64,000 nt of DNA from Podarcis cretensis (Eukaryota). The notes under the pieces were generated by a model, which saw nothing but the letters and a program-made list of their open reading frames with translations, was not told the origin of the DNA and did no database searches. Shown here in pieces: positions 1-15,029 of the stretch (position 1 is its first letter; each line of letters opens with the position of its first letter). A program made the position numbers and the translations under genes. Where the stretch lies: positions 47,926,001 to 47,990,000 of the forward strand of contig OX638155.1 of NCBI GenBank assembly GCA_951804945.1. Direction: 5' to 3'.

Positions 1-3000
1 GTTTTCTGTAACTTTCCATTAAGATTAATGCTAGATTGCACAAAATTGAAGGAAACAACTGCACCCCAATAGTGAAGGTGGCTATTAAGCAAAACTTTGT
101 GCGGGGGGGATGGGGACGGGACACAATTGCATAGAAATAGAATAAAATGCTCTCAGCCACCATTCAAAATTTAATAGTAACATTATTTGGGAATACCATT
201 CAGTGCTTCCCATGTTACATGCTGCATTAGCCACATCTACACTACGTATTTCAAAACCAGTTTACCCATCAGGGCTTTCCCCCAAAGAACTCTGTGAAGA
301 TACCCAAAGCAGTCCATGTCCCTTTATACAGCAATAGTTCAGGGCTCACTGGGTGGAAGCCATGAAGGTTAAAACAAGTTGACATTTAAAGTATAGACAT
401 AAATATCACTTGTGAAACAGTAATGTGCTTAAGTTATATTTAGGGGACTTCTCTATCTGCCCACCCCACCCCCATTAATAATTTTTACACCCCCACCCCC
501 ACTCCAGCTAAGCTAAGAGTACTATATCTGGGAAGGAAGTAGTGGTCCCTTCACAGGACAGGCCTGCATCCAGATAACATTTTGACTCCACTTGGTGGGA
601 GACAGGAAGGCCCCGTTATTAAGGCAAGTGCCCAGTCCAGGATATCTGAAAAAGAATTCACAAGTGAGACAGAAGTCCTCAATTTCAGAAAAGAAAACAC
701 TTGCATGACTCGAAGGCTCCTTAACAATATGCCTCCCTATACTTCTTTGCAACTATCATCAGCAACCAGCATTTATTACTTACTCCAGTGAAAAAGATCA
801 GTTAAAAAAAAAAAAAGATTGTCAGAATTGATTTCATCCAAATTAGTGCAAAAGGGCAGGAAAATGTTTTCTAGTTTTAGAACTGCTTTCTTCAGTTACT
901 CATCACGATAGAGGGCAAGGTTTATATTATTTATTTTACAGTAATCTTTATCCCTTCAGCCAAAAAAATGCCCCAACCAGTATACAGAGCAGTACAAAAC
1001 AATAGAGTCACCGCCCTCAGGGTTATAATTTAAAAAGACAACACAATGGAGAAATGCTTCAGGAGGAATGAAGAAGTAAGACGATTTGGTTCAAGTTCTT
1101 AGTGTCAAGTTCTCTTAACAAACAGCTGGGGTAGAAAAATCCAAAGAGAGGCAATCACTGGCCTCTCAGTTGCAGTGATGAAGCGAGAGGCCCTTCCCTG
1201 CTACGGCTTGATGTAATAGCTGCCACCAGGTTGCAATGGTGAGAAAGAGGAACATGATTTCTCAGCTTAATAGATTTTTAATTCTATGAAATATTTTGCT
1301 TTATTTCACTGTACTACATTTTGCATTCCTTAGGCTATATGCCCTAAACGGAATGGTATTTGTTAACTCACTAAAGCAGCTAACTATGGGCCTCCCAATT
1401 TCAATAGAGTTTCAGTGAATAAATAGGGAAGCATTATACTAAGGAAGTGTGTGTTCTGTCTCAATAAACGCATTCCTTGCACACGTTATTTGCAGAAGAC
1501 AAGCTGACACTAGTGTTTAACTTGAGCAATGCTTTTTTGTTTTTTTATTTTAAAAAACATTGTACCACTTTTACTGCTGCAATTCTGAAGGGGTACATGT
1601 GTATGTCTTCTAGCAGTTGTTTAACTGAATTTTGTAGCAAATGCTTGGTATATTTTACAACAGTAAAAAGACCTGCATTTTCATGGCAATAAAAATAAAG
1701 GCATAACCTTCAAAAACTGGCCAGGTGAATGTTCCAGTAAGTCAAAAAAAAACCACAAACAAAACAACAGTAGATAAGTTGACAAAGCCCATGGAACTTG
1801 ACCAAAATGGATCTGGAGCACATCCTGGCATAGTGACCTAAAAAGGACTGATCTACGAGGCCCAGGTAATGGGATTGCCTTAGTCAGGAACCCAAGAGAT
1901 GGCTTTAGCCAAGCCACACTCTCAGCCTCCACTTGCCATATGGGTACAATAGTTACCTACCTTACAGTATTGTTTTAGTGATGACAGCAGGGTATGCTAT
2001 GTGAAAGCACTTTTCGCTAGCATCATCATCTCATTATTACGGAACTCATGTAGGACCTACAACAAAGTGTTGTTGTGTGGAATGCTCCTGTTCAGGGTTC
2101 CAGCCAGACATGCCCAGGATTTCCCAGGATACGCCAATTTCACCACCATCCTGGTTTTCCATTTCCCTTCCTTCAACTGTCAGCCAGAGTTCTGTGGTCA
2201 CTGATATTCCCAGTTTTCACTGGGCAGTTCTTGGCATTCGCCCCTCTTAGGGCTCCCCCCCCCAAAACCATTCTGCAAACCTTGGGGTTTCTTTTCCCTG
2301 CCTCCCATCTGCTCCCAGGCATGCTGAAACTTCCCTCTTGCACGTTGATGGTGCTATTTTGGCTAGATAAGGATCAGTACTCTGAGAATTGAGTTCACTA
2401 TTAATGTATAGAATGTACAGAAGAGAACATGCCCAAGAGTCAGGAACTTTGAATGAAAATTCCAGACCGATCTACTAGTCTCATAAAAGCCATATTTACA
2501 ATTTACATCCGGTTTCACTATGCTGTACCAATGGCTTGCATGCCTTAAATAACATGCTTAGTACAAGCTGCATATGGTTTGCATAAAATGGCAAATATTC
2601 TTTTCTGCTTCAGATCATGTACCCTTTCAACATTAGTTATGTATTGTCAACAATGAAAAATTCCAAAAGTTTGAGCATGCCAATTATCTCAAGCAACCAA
2701 TAGCAAATGCCTAAGTTTAGCACCAAGGACACAGAAAAACAAGCAACAAGACACATTCTTTGCACATGAATCTGGCTTTAGCTGTCCTTTCACCTATTCT
2801 AGTTACTTCTCTTATTCAAGGCTAAATTTTGCAGGACAGTATTCTTTAATGTTTAAATTTGAATGATTCTGTGGTGTGGCTATATGGAGCTAGTTAAGCA
2901 TCTACAAGGTACACCCCATTACATATCATGGAGGTCCCCAAACACATCTTCATAGACTGAACTTGTGGCCAGACTTCCCTCAAACTGTTTGGACTATTGT

Positions 3001-6000
3001 ATCTCTTCCCCTCGCACCCCAGACCATCCAAGATAATATTTTGGAGTAGGTAGAAGGCGTGGTACAACAACTATTTTATCTTCAGCCATGTTTGGAGCAC
3101 TGTATGAAGACCAACCATGTATAGTTCCTTACCATCTTCCTTCCTGTTCTCCCCACTTCACAATCCCTTACCCCCCATCCAACCAAGAGTCAATAAACCA
3201 GCTTCGTGTCATTCAAGAAACTAACAGCATTGGAAGTGCTACAAATGGACTGAACTTCAGCATCCATTTAAGTCCCAAGACGAGGGGCAAGTAGCATCTC
3301 AATTCTGAAACTCTGAAGTTATTTGACTGTATAGTTTGAGTCACCGGACATAGCCCTAAAAGCACAGAAATTAAGGCAGATGGGAAAGAGAGTGGTATAT
3401 GGCCTTTATTTTGGCAGAGGCCGACATGTCACCTCCTGGTAGTACCAGCAAAGCATAGAATCTTTAAACAGAAGGGGCCCTCCTTCCTATTGCAATCACA
3501 AAAAACCAAGTACAGTACAAGACTTCATTGGGAGTAAGAGCTGCAGCCAATTAGTAGCACTTCCTTCAGCATGCCACTTATTGCACATAGACACAAACAG
3601 CTAAGGAAATCAGTTAACATGTTGTTGGTTTTTAGAACAGTTGTTTTTACGTTTACATACAGGTGGTTCCATTCCTGACCTGTGTGTGCAAGTGGAGTTT
3701 GCATAAGCCCACCCTGCCCCCATTCCACCCCACTTTGGGACCACTTCCCAGTGTGCGTATGCATGATCACATGTCAATCCGATGCACATAAAATGGTCAC
3801 TGCCTGTACTTGGGCAAATGAACATTATTTACATGTCTGGCTCACTGATAAGCCCCCAGTTAGCCTTTGTATATTTGGGGCTTTTTGTGGAAGTTTAAAT
3901 ATTTTTGCTATTTGAAATCAGTACCCTAGAGTCATTAGCAACTTTTCTTACCCCTTCTCATTGCTGACACCAACGCTGAACCGGGATTATGCCAGTGTCA
4001 ATGTGATTATGACAGAGTAACACGCTCAGAATTGCCGCTTTGATCTATTACACGTCAAAAAGTGTTATGAACTTCCACTGAGGAAAACTGAGCAGCCAGT
4101 TTCTTGTTCCATTTTAAAAATGAAATGGCACAGTAACAAGTGACAAACACACAGACAAAAAGACACTACGAGGCCTGTGCATGTGTTTAGTTATTTTCCC
4201 CCCATCCTTGTTTCAGAACTGCGCATAATGTAAGCCTAAGCATGAGAACCCAAAAGTGAACATGTCAGATGAAATGACAACTCGTTCCCAAGACTAACTG
4301 GTTTGCTACGTTCTTAGCAGAAAAGTCACATGCCGCATGCAAAACGTGTCCAATTCCAAACTTTGGCAGAATGTCTTTTCTGTATGTAATACAAACATCA
4401 CTGTGGTTCTAGAATCATGACAGATATTTATTTACAATTTTTACCATAAAAGTATGTTCACCTTAGTGTTGTATCAAAGCTACATTTAAAATTACACATG
4501 CATTTCCTCCCCTTTGTGTGTATATATATATTTAGTTATAAATGCAAACATAAAACACTCAGACAAACCATTGTAAAACATTGCCCACATAAATGTATGT
4601 TACAACAGTAGTCATGGTATGACAAGAGAAGAAAACAGTACAAGAATCCCAAGACAACTGAACAGCTTCATCCCCTGAGGAAGTTTGCTCCAAGGCAAAA
4701 TTTAGATTGGTTTTCCCACAGAGCTCTGAGAATTTGCATCAATATACAGTATTTGCAGACACCAATTCCCTAAATAGCGCCAGATGACAGGTCAGATATT
4801 GCAATATAGTTCACAAAGAGATGTGAGCTGGAAAGTTAAAAAAGAATACGCCCTAGCTACATTTTTAAAACACTATCAAAAAGTCCATTAAAAAAGAGCA
4901 AAAGACATAATTATTGCTGAATAAGGGTATGGGGGCAAAATGATACAGATGTAAAAAAAAAAAAATAGTGACCAAAAAGCCTAATGAGAGACATCTGTAG
5001 TGGAAAGAAGAGAAATGCCAGGGGACTGAGGAACAAATAAGAGCTTGGCGGCTCTTGTCACCTCTTGTTTACCATTTTGGCAATAGAGTTTTACAACAAG
5101 CATTGTGGAAAGCTGCCAAATTGCAGATTGTTTCCTATAGTTAGAGCTGCTTTGAGCTTATCTTTGCTGCCTAGCAAAAAATCATTTGATAAAGGACCCT
5201 AATCCTTCCTTTCTCCACTGAATGAACACTGTGCAAACTGCATTAACAGGACTATCTTATCTAACGTGAGAAGGGGCATGGGAGATGAAGTGGGAAGTGC
5301 TGGTTATTATTTATTAAACAGAGTCAATCTGGGTTGTGTGTGGAATTTTGACTGCTTATTTGTTTAAATTTCATTGTGCCTAGAAATTCTGAAATATTTC
5401 TACAGTCCTACAATGATTGTGGGTGAAGACTTGACAGGTTTCATTCTGCACACAAGCCATGGTGCCATTTTGCGGTGATCAGAATGCATTAAATTGAGCC
5501 TAGAGGCAAGCATGGAAATGCTGATACATATGAGAGTGAAACGTATTTAAACCAAACTCTCTCTCTTGAATTTGTCTTCAGCAAATAAAATAAGGTCACC
5601 ATCTTTATGCCAAGCAACTAGTGATAGTGAAACAGTGGAAGTAAAAAATAAATGTGCACATATTAAATTCTCTCTGCATTGAAACCTGAGAAATAAGGTG
5701 CAGTATTTGTTACATGTCACAGGGGATCTATTGTTCCTCCTTTTACATGTAAAAAAGTTAAGAACAGATGAAGCAGAAGATGTGTGACATTTGTCTTCAA
5801 TATGACCTCTTGCTTTTGATGTTTTTTGTTTGCAAAAACATATTGAAATATCTGGCCAATACTAGCATTGAATGAATGATAATGCAAAGGCGATCAAGTA
5901 ACTGGAAACTTTTTTTTAAAAGCAGTATTGAGACCCACATTAAAAAAACATGAAGAAACAAGAGACCAGTATTGATGTCAGTGAGACAAATTTAAATGAG

Positions 6001-6250
6001 CCAGAAACATGCATTGTTAAGAATTCATGTATTTCATTTGCAACATGGTGTAGTCACATCAATGTACCTCACTTTTTTAAAAAACGTTAACAACAAAAAA
6101 GATGATCTCATATTAATGAACTTCTGTTCCACCACTGTTCAAGGGGAAAGGCAGAAGTATCCCCAAGTATCTTTTATAGATACCACATTTGGGGTGTTTT
6201 TTTCCTAGCACAGCAGTAAAGGTTGCAGCCTCTCTAGACAAAAATCCTAC

Positions 6251-6407
6251 CTGTGTTTTTTGATGCCATTTGACAGAGTCTCTCCAGTTTTACAGGTCTT
6301 TTCTCCAGACATGTCAGACGTTATAGTGTCACTAGAATCCACACTGTCTTCTAATGAGTAAGTTGTCACAGTTTCAAATCCACTCAATGATTTTTCGGAT
6401 TCTGAAT
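6251..6407 (-). CDS. OSBPL1A: OSBPL1A exon 17 (DSESEKSLSGFETV...DMSGEKTCKTGETLSNGIKKHR); contains the Met equivalent to the ORP1S start (6312-6310)
   Basis: AG/GTAGG, 157 nt, LSNGIKKHR matches human. The next exon (TSLPSPMFSR...) was not found in 1-6250. Confidence 0.94.
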
Positions 6408-9400
6408 CTGTAAGACAGATGAACGCCAAATGAGACACACTTCAGGCTAGCCTTTCACAGGCTAATGGACACCTCCTTTGCACAGCGTAATGAAACTTAA
6501 GTAGCCTATGGTGTACTGATGACAGCATTTGTCCAGTGAAAACTTAGTACAAGGAGAGACTGAGTCTCTGAAAGAACATGGGTGAGCAAATTGTTCAGCG
6601 CCAAGGATTATACAAAGATGGGAATGTGAGCAGGGACAGACAAGTACAGGGTACCAGCAAAACATCTTACCAACTCCTAAACTTAGGCCCGTTACAGGTG
6701 CGATATTAGCCTATCCTTTAACCATACTTATTGGAATCAGATCCTACACAACTCATTGTTTCATCGTTTTAATATGAGAATCCAGCCTTTTCCTCTAGGT
6801 GTGTCGTTTAATTCCTGCACTACTAGTTAAATTTAACACCAGGTTTGTTTGTTTTTAGTGTACATCAAGATTTTTCAAACTAATATGCCCCAACAATAAA
6901 GGATAAAAACATAACGAAACACAGCAGGACACATTAAAGCAAATATACTCACCAGCAAGTCCAATCCAATGAGGAAAGGAAAACATTTTTTCTTACAACT
7001 ATGGTAAACATGGTAAATGAGCACAATGTGCATTCGTATTGGTTACACTGATTTCCGTTATCAGCTGTCAAGTTCCATGACCTCCCTTCACCCAAATGGG
7101 TAGCAAAGCCAACTAGGCAATGCTATTCAGGGCCAGTGGAACTCTATTTTTAAATGTGGAGTACAAAATCTCACCAACTGTGTGAGTATATGTATGTATG
7201 TATATATGTATGTATGTATATGTGTGTGTGTGTACACGCACACACACACACACTCAGATTTGCATTTGCTATTTTAAACACATTATTTGTACTTTTACCA
7301 GCTATAGGGAGAAGGAGGTGCTATCTAAAGAGCTTAGAACCCACCACCAACAATCCTAGGCTTCACAGAACATATTTTCCCCAGAGACTGAGGGCGTGTT
7401 TTTTCTTCCAGTGTCTGGCAAAATCCAGTTTAGTCATTTACTTTCTATCCCAGAAAAGGAACTGAGGACAGCACACAGACCTTTTGCATAAATGTTTACA
7501 GTTTGTGCTATAAACAAATCTGATCAAAGCAAACACTATGTTTGCATAGATGGCAATGCAAAATTTCAAGAGCTGGAATATATTGGCTGTTTTTTATGTA
7601 TGGATATTAACAGTCCAAGATACTTGGAGACATGGAAGTCAGGATGGAAGCAGATTCTTCCGATCATGAAACTGGCTCATAACCTTCCCTTTACAGTCAG
7701 TTATTCCTAGTGTTAGATACCAAAATGTACAGGAGAGTTCTCTTACTACATTTTAATACTTATGTGGTGCAGATATCAGCTAGCTAGGTGTTTACTAGGT
7801 AAGTCCTATTATACCAAACATGCAGACTTTTTTTTTTAAGGCAACTAGCTGCTGAGCAAGCTGTTCTGTAAGGCACAAGTGAAGCTTTACAGGTTAATTA
7901 TGGTGCACAGGAAACCATTCAGGTAATACAAGAGACCTTAGGGTTGCATAATTCCTGATCTCCTCACAGACATCCCAAGTTGACAGGGAGCTTTACTTTT
8001 CAAAAGAGTTTGCTATCGTGGATATAAGATTGTAAACAGACTCTTCCTATCCACTTACAGAAGGACAGCATAACAAGGCAAACGTATTAATTTAGTTAAG
8101 TCCGTAAAACAAAGGATTTGTATGGTTCCAGGTGACCTGCCAATTGTAAAGTCTTACAGCAATTAATTAAAACTGCAGCTTACAAGGCCCATAATACACA
8201 GTTTCAAGTGAAAACAAATAGCCTACATTTCTCCTCTCTCTTAAAGCCAAGCTTATTTTTTATTTTTTATTTTTGCTTTCATACAAGGGAACTGTCCTTA
8301 TTCCCACCCAGTTATTTTCTTTGGTTCAAGCAACTGTAATATTCCTGAATAATTGCATTTCAGTAACCGACGACTTGGTGCAGTATTCAAATTTGATCAT
8401 GTTATCAAACTTCACAAACAAATGAGAAATTACATTCCCTTGAAACAGCAGCACTCAGATGGAGTCCAAGCCCCCACTCCCCCCCCCACAAGAGAGGCAC
8501 AAATCATATCAGACTATGTAGTTTTACCAGAGGAGCTTTAGATGTTCTGTTAGGATACAAGTGCACAAATTCTGGCTTAGACTTTTATATTAACATCTAT
8601 ATGTATCCTAACAACCCAGCCAGATGGGCAGGGTATAAATAACAATAATAACCTATATCCCAGACAACCCTGTTCTTCCACCAGAATGGTTTCCTTAAGT
8701 TCTGGTAGATTTTACCTTCTGGCACAGTCACTAAATTTGTCTGTGTTATATTTCTACATATCAGAAGACACTTATGGTATGCATGCACACATTAGGAGCA
8801 GCTGTGTTGTCTTTCAGGTTCCGTGAAAGGCCTTTGATAAATAATTTTCACAAGACAATTTAATGCTGAGAAACAATCATCAACAAGAGAAATGGCTACT
8901 AGGCAGACCATAGCCTCCTGCTTAACGACATTTTCTTACTGCCTGTAGAGAAGTAAAACACAGAAGGTTCTTAAGCAAGCTGGCCAAACCACGCATTCTC
9001 TCCAGCATTTCTTGACCTTGGTGAGGGGTTTTGCTGGTGGCTTAATAAAGTTTACACAAGGGAAACTGCGTTCAGTTTCATTTATGCCTTCCACTCAATT
9101 GATCAGCATGCAGATTCCAACCCACATTGCACCCCTCATTCTCAGAGAACAGGCTTTTTCCTTCAGTCATTATCCAAAAATAGGAATCAAACAAAGAGGT
9201 CTGGTTCTTATTTTCTGCAGAGGACACATTATACATGGCCAAGACAACTACTTGTCCATTCTAAGATGACCCTGAAATCCTAGCCAGCTGAATGGTTTCA
9301 GTAGCAGAAACCTATTTGAACATCTAGTTTATTACAGCGCATTTCTCCTCACAACAGTGCAATTCAATTTAATCTAATGCATTTTGGTCAGGCAAGCTAG

Positions 9401-9942
9401 AAATTGTGTGTATCATGTTTTAATCTGTTTTTAGACACTGAACATGGATTTTTAAAGTGTTACTTCTCCCGAGCCTGCACCAACCACATTTTTGTTTTTG
9501 AATCATGATCTAAATTCCTTTTTCATTAGCTTGTCCTTGTCTGTAGACGGAAAGGCAAGAGACAGATGGCAAAAAGCAGCCAGGCTAGGAGTGACCGTGG
9601 CTCTTATAAAAATTGAGCTCTATTGTATATAAACCAAGATTTACATACCTACTACTTATAGAGTAAACAATTCATTACTCCAAATCCAGTTACAGCTGTT
9701 CGCACCCAAATCTTGCTACTTTTGCCCCTTTCAACATATTCTTCCTAGCCAGTCAAAATTTATACTGCAAACTACTTGTGACAGGATATCCTTTTCTTCT
9801 GTTCATTACTCTGAGAAGTCAAGGTGTGTGTATATATGCATATGTTTATACATAAATACACAGATACACACACACCCTTGACCCTGGTCTTTTAAAGAAG
9901 AAAAAAACCCTAACATTTTAGTTTTCTATGTCACACACTTAC

Positions 9943-10105
9943 CTGAAACAGCATCATAGAACTGTTCCTCACTAAAGATGCTCAGAGGTGGTGACCCTTT
10001 GACCAGTGACTGCTCTAATTCATGGTGTTCTGTAGCTAGTGTTTCTAGAGCTTCAGATAAGATCTTGTTTTTCTCTTGCTCATGCTCCAGTTTCAGATTC
10101 CTCAC
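9943..10105 (-). CDS. OSBPL1A: OSBPL1A exon 16, coiled coil + FFAT (VRNLKLEHEQEKNKILSEALETLATEHHELEQSLVKGSPPLSIFSEEQFYDAVS)
   Basis: AG/GTAAGT, 163 nt, phase-0 acceptor. Confidence 0.96.
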
Positions 10106-11144
10106 CTATAAGTAGAAACATGTATGAATAAAATCTCATCTCTCCCAAGAACGTGAAACTCAAGGCTATTTCAAGAATAGGCTCCAGTTTGCTAACTAAA
10201 CCATGTCAACAAGCTCAGAGAAGTGGATTAAGATGACCAGGGAACTTCTGCACTCGCCATGAAGTTTTGTCTCACCATTTTAATATGTCACAGAATAGGA
10301 AAGCTTACAAAAAGAATTTGTCTAAGCAAAAACTGGCAACTAAAACTGAAGGCGCTATGAAAGACAAAGCAAGTTTCCTACTAATCAGTTAATGCAACTT
10401 TTGTATAATTCATGGAACTGCTAGTATTAGCTTAGGGGTAACACAACAGGCTCTTCTAAGTCTATGATTCTATGAAGTTCAGTTAGTCCTGAATGCAGCT
10501 CCTTAGCTATTGGCAACTCTAAGTATATTATGTCATTATTACTGAGCTCCACTGACAGGCAGTTTCTTTCCCGGTTTTATTTAACATATTGGTACTGACT
10601 TTTAAACCAAAAAATGATTGGCCTAGGATCCCTCAGAAAGCCTTTTGGCATTATCTGTCTTCTAATACATTGTGGTCTATAGTGGTGGCTCTGTTTCAAA
10701 TTCCTTTACAATGATTTATTTACAATGCTATATTTCTATACTGCCTTTCATCAGGATTCCAGGGAGGTTTGCATTATTCACATTAAACAAAAATAAATTT
10801 TACAACAGTGACAAAACCAATTACCATAAAAGCACTGTTTTTCTGCAGCAGCACAGTATGTCAACGATAACTGGTGTCACCCACCAACCTAATTTACCCC
10901 AAGGCCTAGGTGAAAAGATGGGTGTTAAAGACAACAGTGAAACTCCACTAACAAAGGCACTCTATGCACCTCCAAGAGGAGGGAGTTCCATAAACAGAGT
11001 GCCACTACAGAGAAGGCCCTGCAGATTCAAATTAGAATGTTCATAAATCAGGCCATTCTTTGCAGCAGTGTTTTCCTTGAGTGTTCTACAAGACAGGCCC
11101 ACTGTATGAAGTCTATTGTGGAATTAAAGAAAAATTGACGGTAC

Positions 11145-11460
11145 ATTCATTCATTCATCCATTTATTAAATGTGTATACATTTAAGATCACAGGGCAGTT
11201 CACAACATAAAAATACAAAACGAAAACACAAAATACATAGTAAAACCAAAGCAAAATAAACCAATTAACACCCTCTTCCACAGAGACATTTAAAAGGTCA
11301 CAGAATGTTAATCAGCAAAATGCCTGGTTAAAGAGAAAGGCTTTCATCTGGCGCCTAAATATATGTAATGAAAGCGCCAGGCTAGCATCACTGAGGAGAC
11401 CATTCAACAAATGAGGTGTCACCTCAGAAAAGGCCCATTTCCATGTTGCCACCCTCCATA
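11145..11460 (-). mobile_element. Older L2 3' fragment
   Basis: Degenerate 'FRRQMKAFLFNQAF' L2 C-terminus with (ATTC)n tail; a shorter related piece lies at about 31140-31262. Confidence 0.65.
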
Positions 11461-12177
11461 TCCCTCTTTCTGTCCCTAATATTTTGTAAGAACAGCTGTA
11501 TGAGCAGAATGGCAGGATTGTGCCCATCATACAGGCCAAGTCTGATTTATTTGAAGCCCTATATTTCTGTATACGGTACTTCACATGTTTCATATCTACA
11601 GCAGCGAACTAAAGATATATGTGCAATACTGATGAAACTTAGTATGAGAAGTTAAAGAAGAAGCTACAGCTTTGAACACGAGGTTGAAACTGGGGAGCCA
11701 ATGCCCAATTTAATATTATCCTCCATCCAAATAAACTTCCATGACTGAAAGATTGCTCATAGTCATTACAGAGTCATTTAAAGTGAATTAACCCTTAAAA
11801 TTATAGTTTTCTATTTAACATTGTGTCTTTAAGGGCAGCTAAAAGTATTATTGTTTATGCTGAAGTAATTTGAACCACCAGTACCAATATGTCTCACAAA
11901 ATTGGTACTGGTGCACATAAAATATGGGTTGTACCAAATGACAGCTCCCAGTACCACCTCCTATGGCTGTTCCAAAGAGGTTCCCTTATTCTCTGGAACA
12001 TATTTTGGAAGGGTGTAGAAGGAAAGAGAAGTCATCGCAGAGAGAAAGGGGGAAAGTACATCTCCTCCTCTGTCCGGCTTGGGTCCACAACTCACTGTGC
12101 AGAGAAAGTATGTTTTTCCTGTTTGTAGTGCACACTTTGGTCAAAAATGGTAAGGAAAAGGAACTGACCCAGGGAAT

Positions 12178-12253
12178 GAATATATATATAGAGAGAGAGA
12201 GAGAGGAGAAGAAGAAGAAGAAGAAGAAGAAGAAGAAGAAGAAGAAGAAGAAG
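12178..12253. repeat. Compound microsatellite (TA)n(GA)n(GAA)n
   Basis: Directly visible. Confidence 0.95.
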
Positions 12254-15029
12254 ATTTAATTAAGAATTACCATGTACCCTGGAAGAGTTACAAAATCTTG
12301 GTGAAAATTTCTATGTCAAATAGAAACAAACTGGAGCAAATTCCACTGCCTTACATTATAATTTGCATTCTGCACTTTATCTTATCGCCATCTGGACTGA
12401 AGGAGGCAGGAACAGCAACATTCTGGATCTCATGAATTTGGATGTAACGATTGTGAGTATGCTCTTGGCAGCAGGTCTTTTTAAAGATCCAGTTAAAAGA
12501 TTTCAAGTAGCAGGATTAGAAAACACATTAACTTGAAAGACTGGCGAGCTGCTGCCAGCCAGAGCGCACAATCACCTGGGCTCCAGGCTATTCACTGAAT
12601 GATCCACTCAACAGCTGAAAACTACGGTACATATTCACTTGCAAAGCTGGGAACATTGAGCTGCATGGCCAGGGCTGTACTAACAGATGCCTTTTATTTG
12701 TAGGAAGCCTTTCAACAGTCTCATTCAGTGAACAGTGTGGGCATGATTGCGATAGGATCCATATGCACAAATGCACCATCTTGTCTAACAAGAACAAATC
12801 ATACACAGTATGCAACTTGTGCATCAAAACCATGAAAAGGGCTGCAAATACAATACACAAAAAGGGTTTCAAAAACCCAGCAAATGGGTGGGAACTGAAA
12901 TATTCCTCGCCCTGGGTGCCATTTGGAGTAGGGCCAGCCCTGTAACACATAAGTAAGGCTTATACACTTCCACATCTTTCCAGGGAGTGTGCCAAGTGTC
13001 ATGAAGAGACATCTGCACAACACACAATACTCATACTATTTGGAGCTGGAAATAAATCCCCTAAGGGCCACAATAAATTGGGAAAGATCAACATTCTAGG
13101 GATTAATCCATCACTCTGTTTTCCTTCGAAATATTTTTTTTAATGGTCTGCAGTTCAGATGAGGTAAGCTAGATATTTGCAGTTGCACTTGAGATTTCCC
13201 TTTATAAGTGCTTGAAGTCTCTTATGGGACCTTCAAGTAGCCAATAAATAACAGCCTTTCGTTCTAGAAGAATGAGGGATGGGCTAACATAATCGTAGGC
13301 GGCATTGTTGTAATGTTTAAAGTTTGGAGCAAGTTCATCTTTGCATAGAACTTTGCTACCCTGTGTTTTCCAGTGTTGCATAAGAAAAAGAAATAAAATA
13401 TGAGAAAGAGGGGAGAAAACGGAAAGCGAGATTGAGTTGTCTCTGCCCACAAGGACCTTACAATTAAAAATTGTAGTTGGGATGGTAGCAAGGGATGAAT
13501 GGGAACAAATATAGCTACACCTTCTTAAGCTTGGTTACAGTGGAGGAGAAGGGGTTAATGGGTTTAGGTAAGCTGCCACTCAGATCTAGCAGTACCCAGT
13601 GAATAGCGGGCCAAATACCCATAGTTCCCACAGGGTCCATTGCACATCAGCACCACTTTTCACCCCCATTCACCCATGCTGTGTATGTCATAATTTCCTA
13701 CACCGAAGCGATACCCATGTAGGAAACTCAGCATGAGTAAAAGTGGGTGTAAGATAGCAGTCCCCTACAACATAAGAAGAGACATAAAGGTCCATTTAAT
13801 CAAGCAAGCTTTTTCCCACAGCCTGATTTTGCAACCTGCCACTAGCCTAAAGGTGACATCTCTCACCTGCTGTTTACCCAACACCAAGAGATACAAAAAG
13901 GTAGACTGTCTTAGAACCTGGAGGTTCTATTTAACTATCATGAACACAACCACCACTAGACCAACCTTCAAACAAAAATGCTTCAGTAGGTAGCCCCCCA
14001 GAATTCTTTGGGGGAAGCCATGACTGTCTAAAGTGGTACAATGCTACAGTAATTTAAACGTACATTGCAGATGGCGCGATAGTTTCCAGAAAACTGTGGA
14101 TTAAGTAGAAGCACTGCAGCAAATAATAAAGCCAGCCTAGCATCACTCTTTTAAGAAGTAAGATGCTTCCCACAAAGGAATAAACAGAATTAAGTTATGA
14201 AAAAATTAACCTCAATTTTAAATACATTTATTTGTAAGAACCCTGAAAACCAATAGGGCTTAACTTCCAAGGGCATAGCAGTTTGTTAGGTTACTACTGA
14301 ATTTCACTCACGTCTCAGACTTCAAGTAAATTAGTCAGTTTTAGTTTCAGTGTCCTCATTTCATACCTTCAAATTAAGATTAATATCTGTATGTACTGCA
14401 TTTTAAAGCCAAAGCATATCCTTTGTTCTACAGAACACACACCTGACAGGAAGCTTACCTGTATCTATGTGCTACTATAGTGATATGGCTGAAAACGCCT
14501 CAATGTCAATATTGAACATCTCTTTGGAGTTTGCAAAGACTGAAATATAACAATACCAACTTCTATGAAACTATAAAAGCAATGCTGTCAGTGAAGTAAT
14601 ACCACAAACTATAATTTTACTTGCATCCTCTACTTAAGCTTCAATTTATTTATTTTTAAGGAGCCCCCACTACTAAAAAAATGTCCAGAACTCAGTTCTG
14701 AGAACTGACTTATGTTTTAACACATAGGCATTTTTAAAGGCTCATTGACACAGCGAAGAGGAATGCATTCCAATGTCAGAAGGAAGCCATTAAACTTTCA
14801 GCATCAGAAAACAAAGCACCAGAAACTACAAACTTTTCAGCTTTATAGCACAAGCTAGCAGGGTCAGGGGATGATGGAATAGATTTTGAGCCTAGTAGAG
14901 CGGCAAAGCCTGGCAGCATGTCCTTCCCATGGTGCCAGAATCCCAGATCAGTCCCTCTTGTCCTTGCACCTCCCATCTCTTCCTCAAGAATATTTCCCCA
15001 CCGATACGTAATGCCAAAGAAAAACACAC

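Noticed and set aside
1-6250. Further OSBPL1A ORD exons or a nested gene
   Set aside because: No match to the expected TSLPSPMFSRNDFSIW exon and no credible ORF; treated as intron 17.
11963-12259. ORFs with poly-K (and poly-N/I/L/Y ORFs near 17.2, 24.9 and 30.0 kb)
   Set aside because: Translations of microsatellites and LINE tails.
14459-14539. 81-nt AG..GTAAGC-bounded candidate cassette exon in intron 15
   Set aside because: In-frame TAG in the phase-0 reading and a weak polypyrimidine tract; could be a UTR or poison exon but is unsupported by sequence alone.
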